Origin: Candidatus Taylorbacteria bacterium RIFCSPHIGHO2_01_FULL_46_22b
GTDB taxonomy: Bacteria; Patescibacteriota; Minisyncoccia; Phycocordibacterales; DSPV01
Length of the DNA: 57,317 nucleotides
Assembly: GCA_001820875.1 (NCBI GenBank)
Contig: MHRF01000007.1
Span: 1 to 57,317, forward strand
Direction: 5' to 3'
A program made the position numbers and the translations under genes. Of the stretch, positions 57,195 to 57,317 are shown piece by piece (the stretch's first letter is position 1; every line of letters begins with the position of its first letter). Below the pieces are notes generated by a model, which had not been told where the DNA came from, did not search any database, and was given only the letters and a program-made list of their open reading frames with translations.

Positions 57195-57317
57195 TGAGAA
57201 AAAAAACACGTAACAAAAAAATCGAAGACGCATTGAAAGAGTCGGAAACGAGGTATCGCCGTCTTTTTGAAACTGCACATGACGGCATACTCATACTTGA
57301 TTCAGAAGACGGTCAAG
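57194..57317 (+). CDS. PAS-domain sensor protein, probably histidine kinase (3' truncated; not in ORF track)
   Basis: TAATG stop/start overlap; MRKKTRNKKIEDALKESETRYRRLFETAHDGILILD. Confidence 0.75.
   Translation, partial: MRKKTRNKKIEDALKESETRYRRLFETAHDGILILDSEDGQ

Noticed and set aside
1-57317. Short antisense or overlapping ORFs; tRNA and rRNA genes; transposases
   Set aside because: Shadow ORFs of recognised genes lack motifs; no cloverleaf, rRNA or transposase signature was seen by eye

Overview
Chromosomal segment of a Patescibacteria (CPR, probably Parcubacteria) bacterium using genetic code 11. The placement is inferred from the missing rpmD/uL30, a split ComEC, a CPR-type VirD4/HerA-like ATPase, scarce Shine-Dalgarno sites and many apparently leaderless genes. 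In order it holds a type IV pilus cluster, tpiA-pgk, a TrmB-like regulator with a ferritin-like gene, recJ, rnhA, comEC, sod, yhhQ with a cofE-like ligase, rpmB, and the str-S10-spc cluster. That cluster is interrupted by a DUF3494 ice-binding adhesin and by internal terminators and promoters. Then follow secY-adk-map, ndk, a probable 6S RNA, a beta-CASP nuclease, infC-rpmI-rplT and a signalling island (two ECF sigma factors, a PAS protein, an OmpR-family regulator). The least explained signals are non-coding: a six-copy modular repeat with a covarying hairpin, an ORF-less ~340-nt structured transcript upstream of infC, a terminator/antiterminator leader before yhhQ, twin membrane-protein cassettes with conserved flanks but divergent proteins, a shared GGTCGA-N12-CTAGTT motif, and 7-bp periodic tracts inside and beside genes. 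All calls were made by eye; no database searches or folding programs were run.
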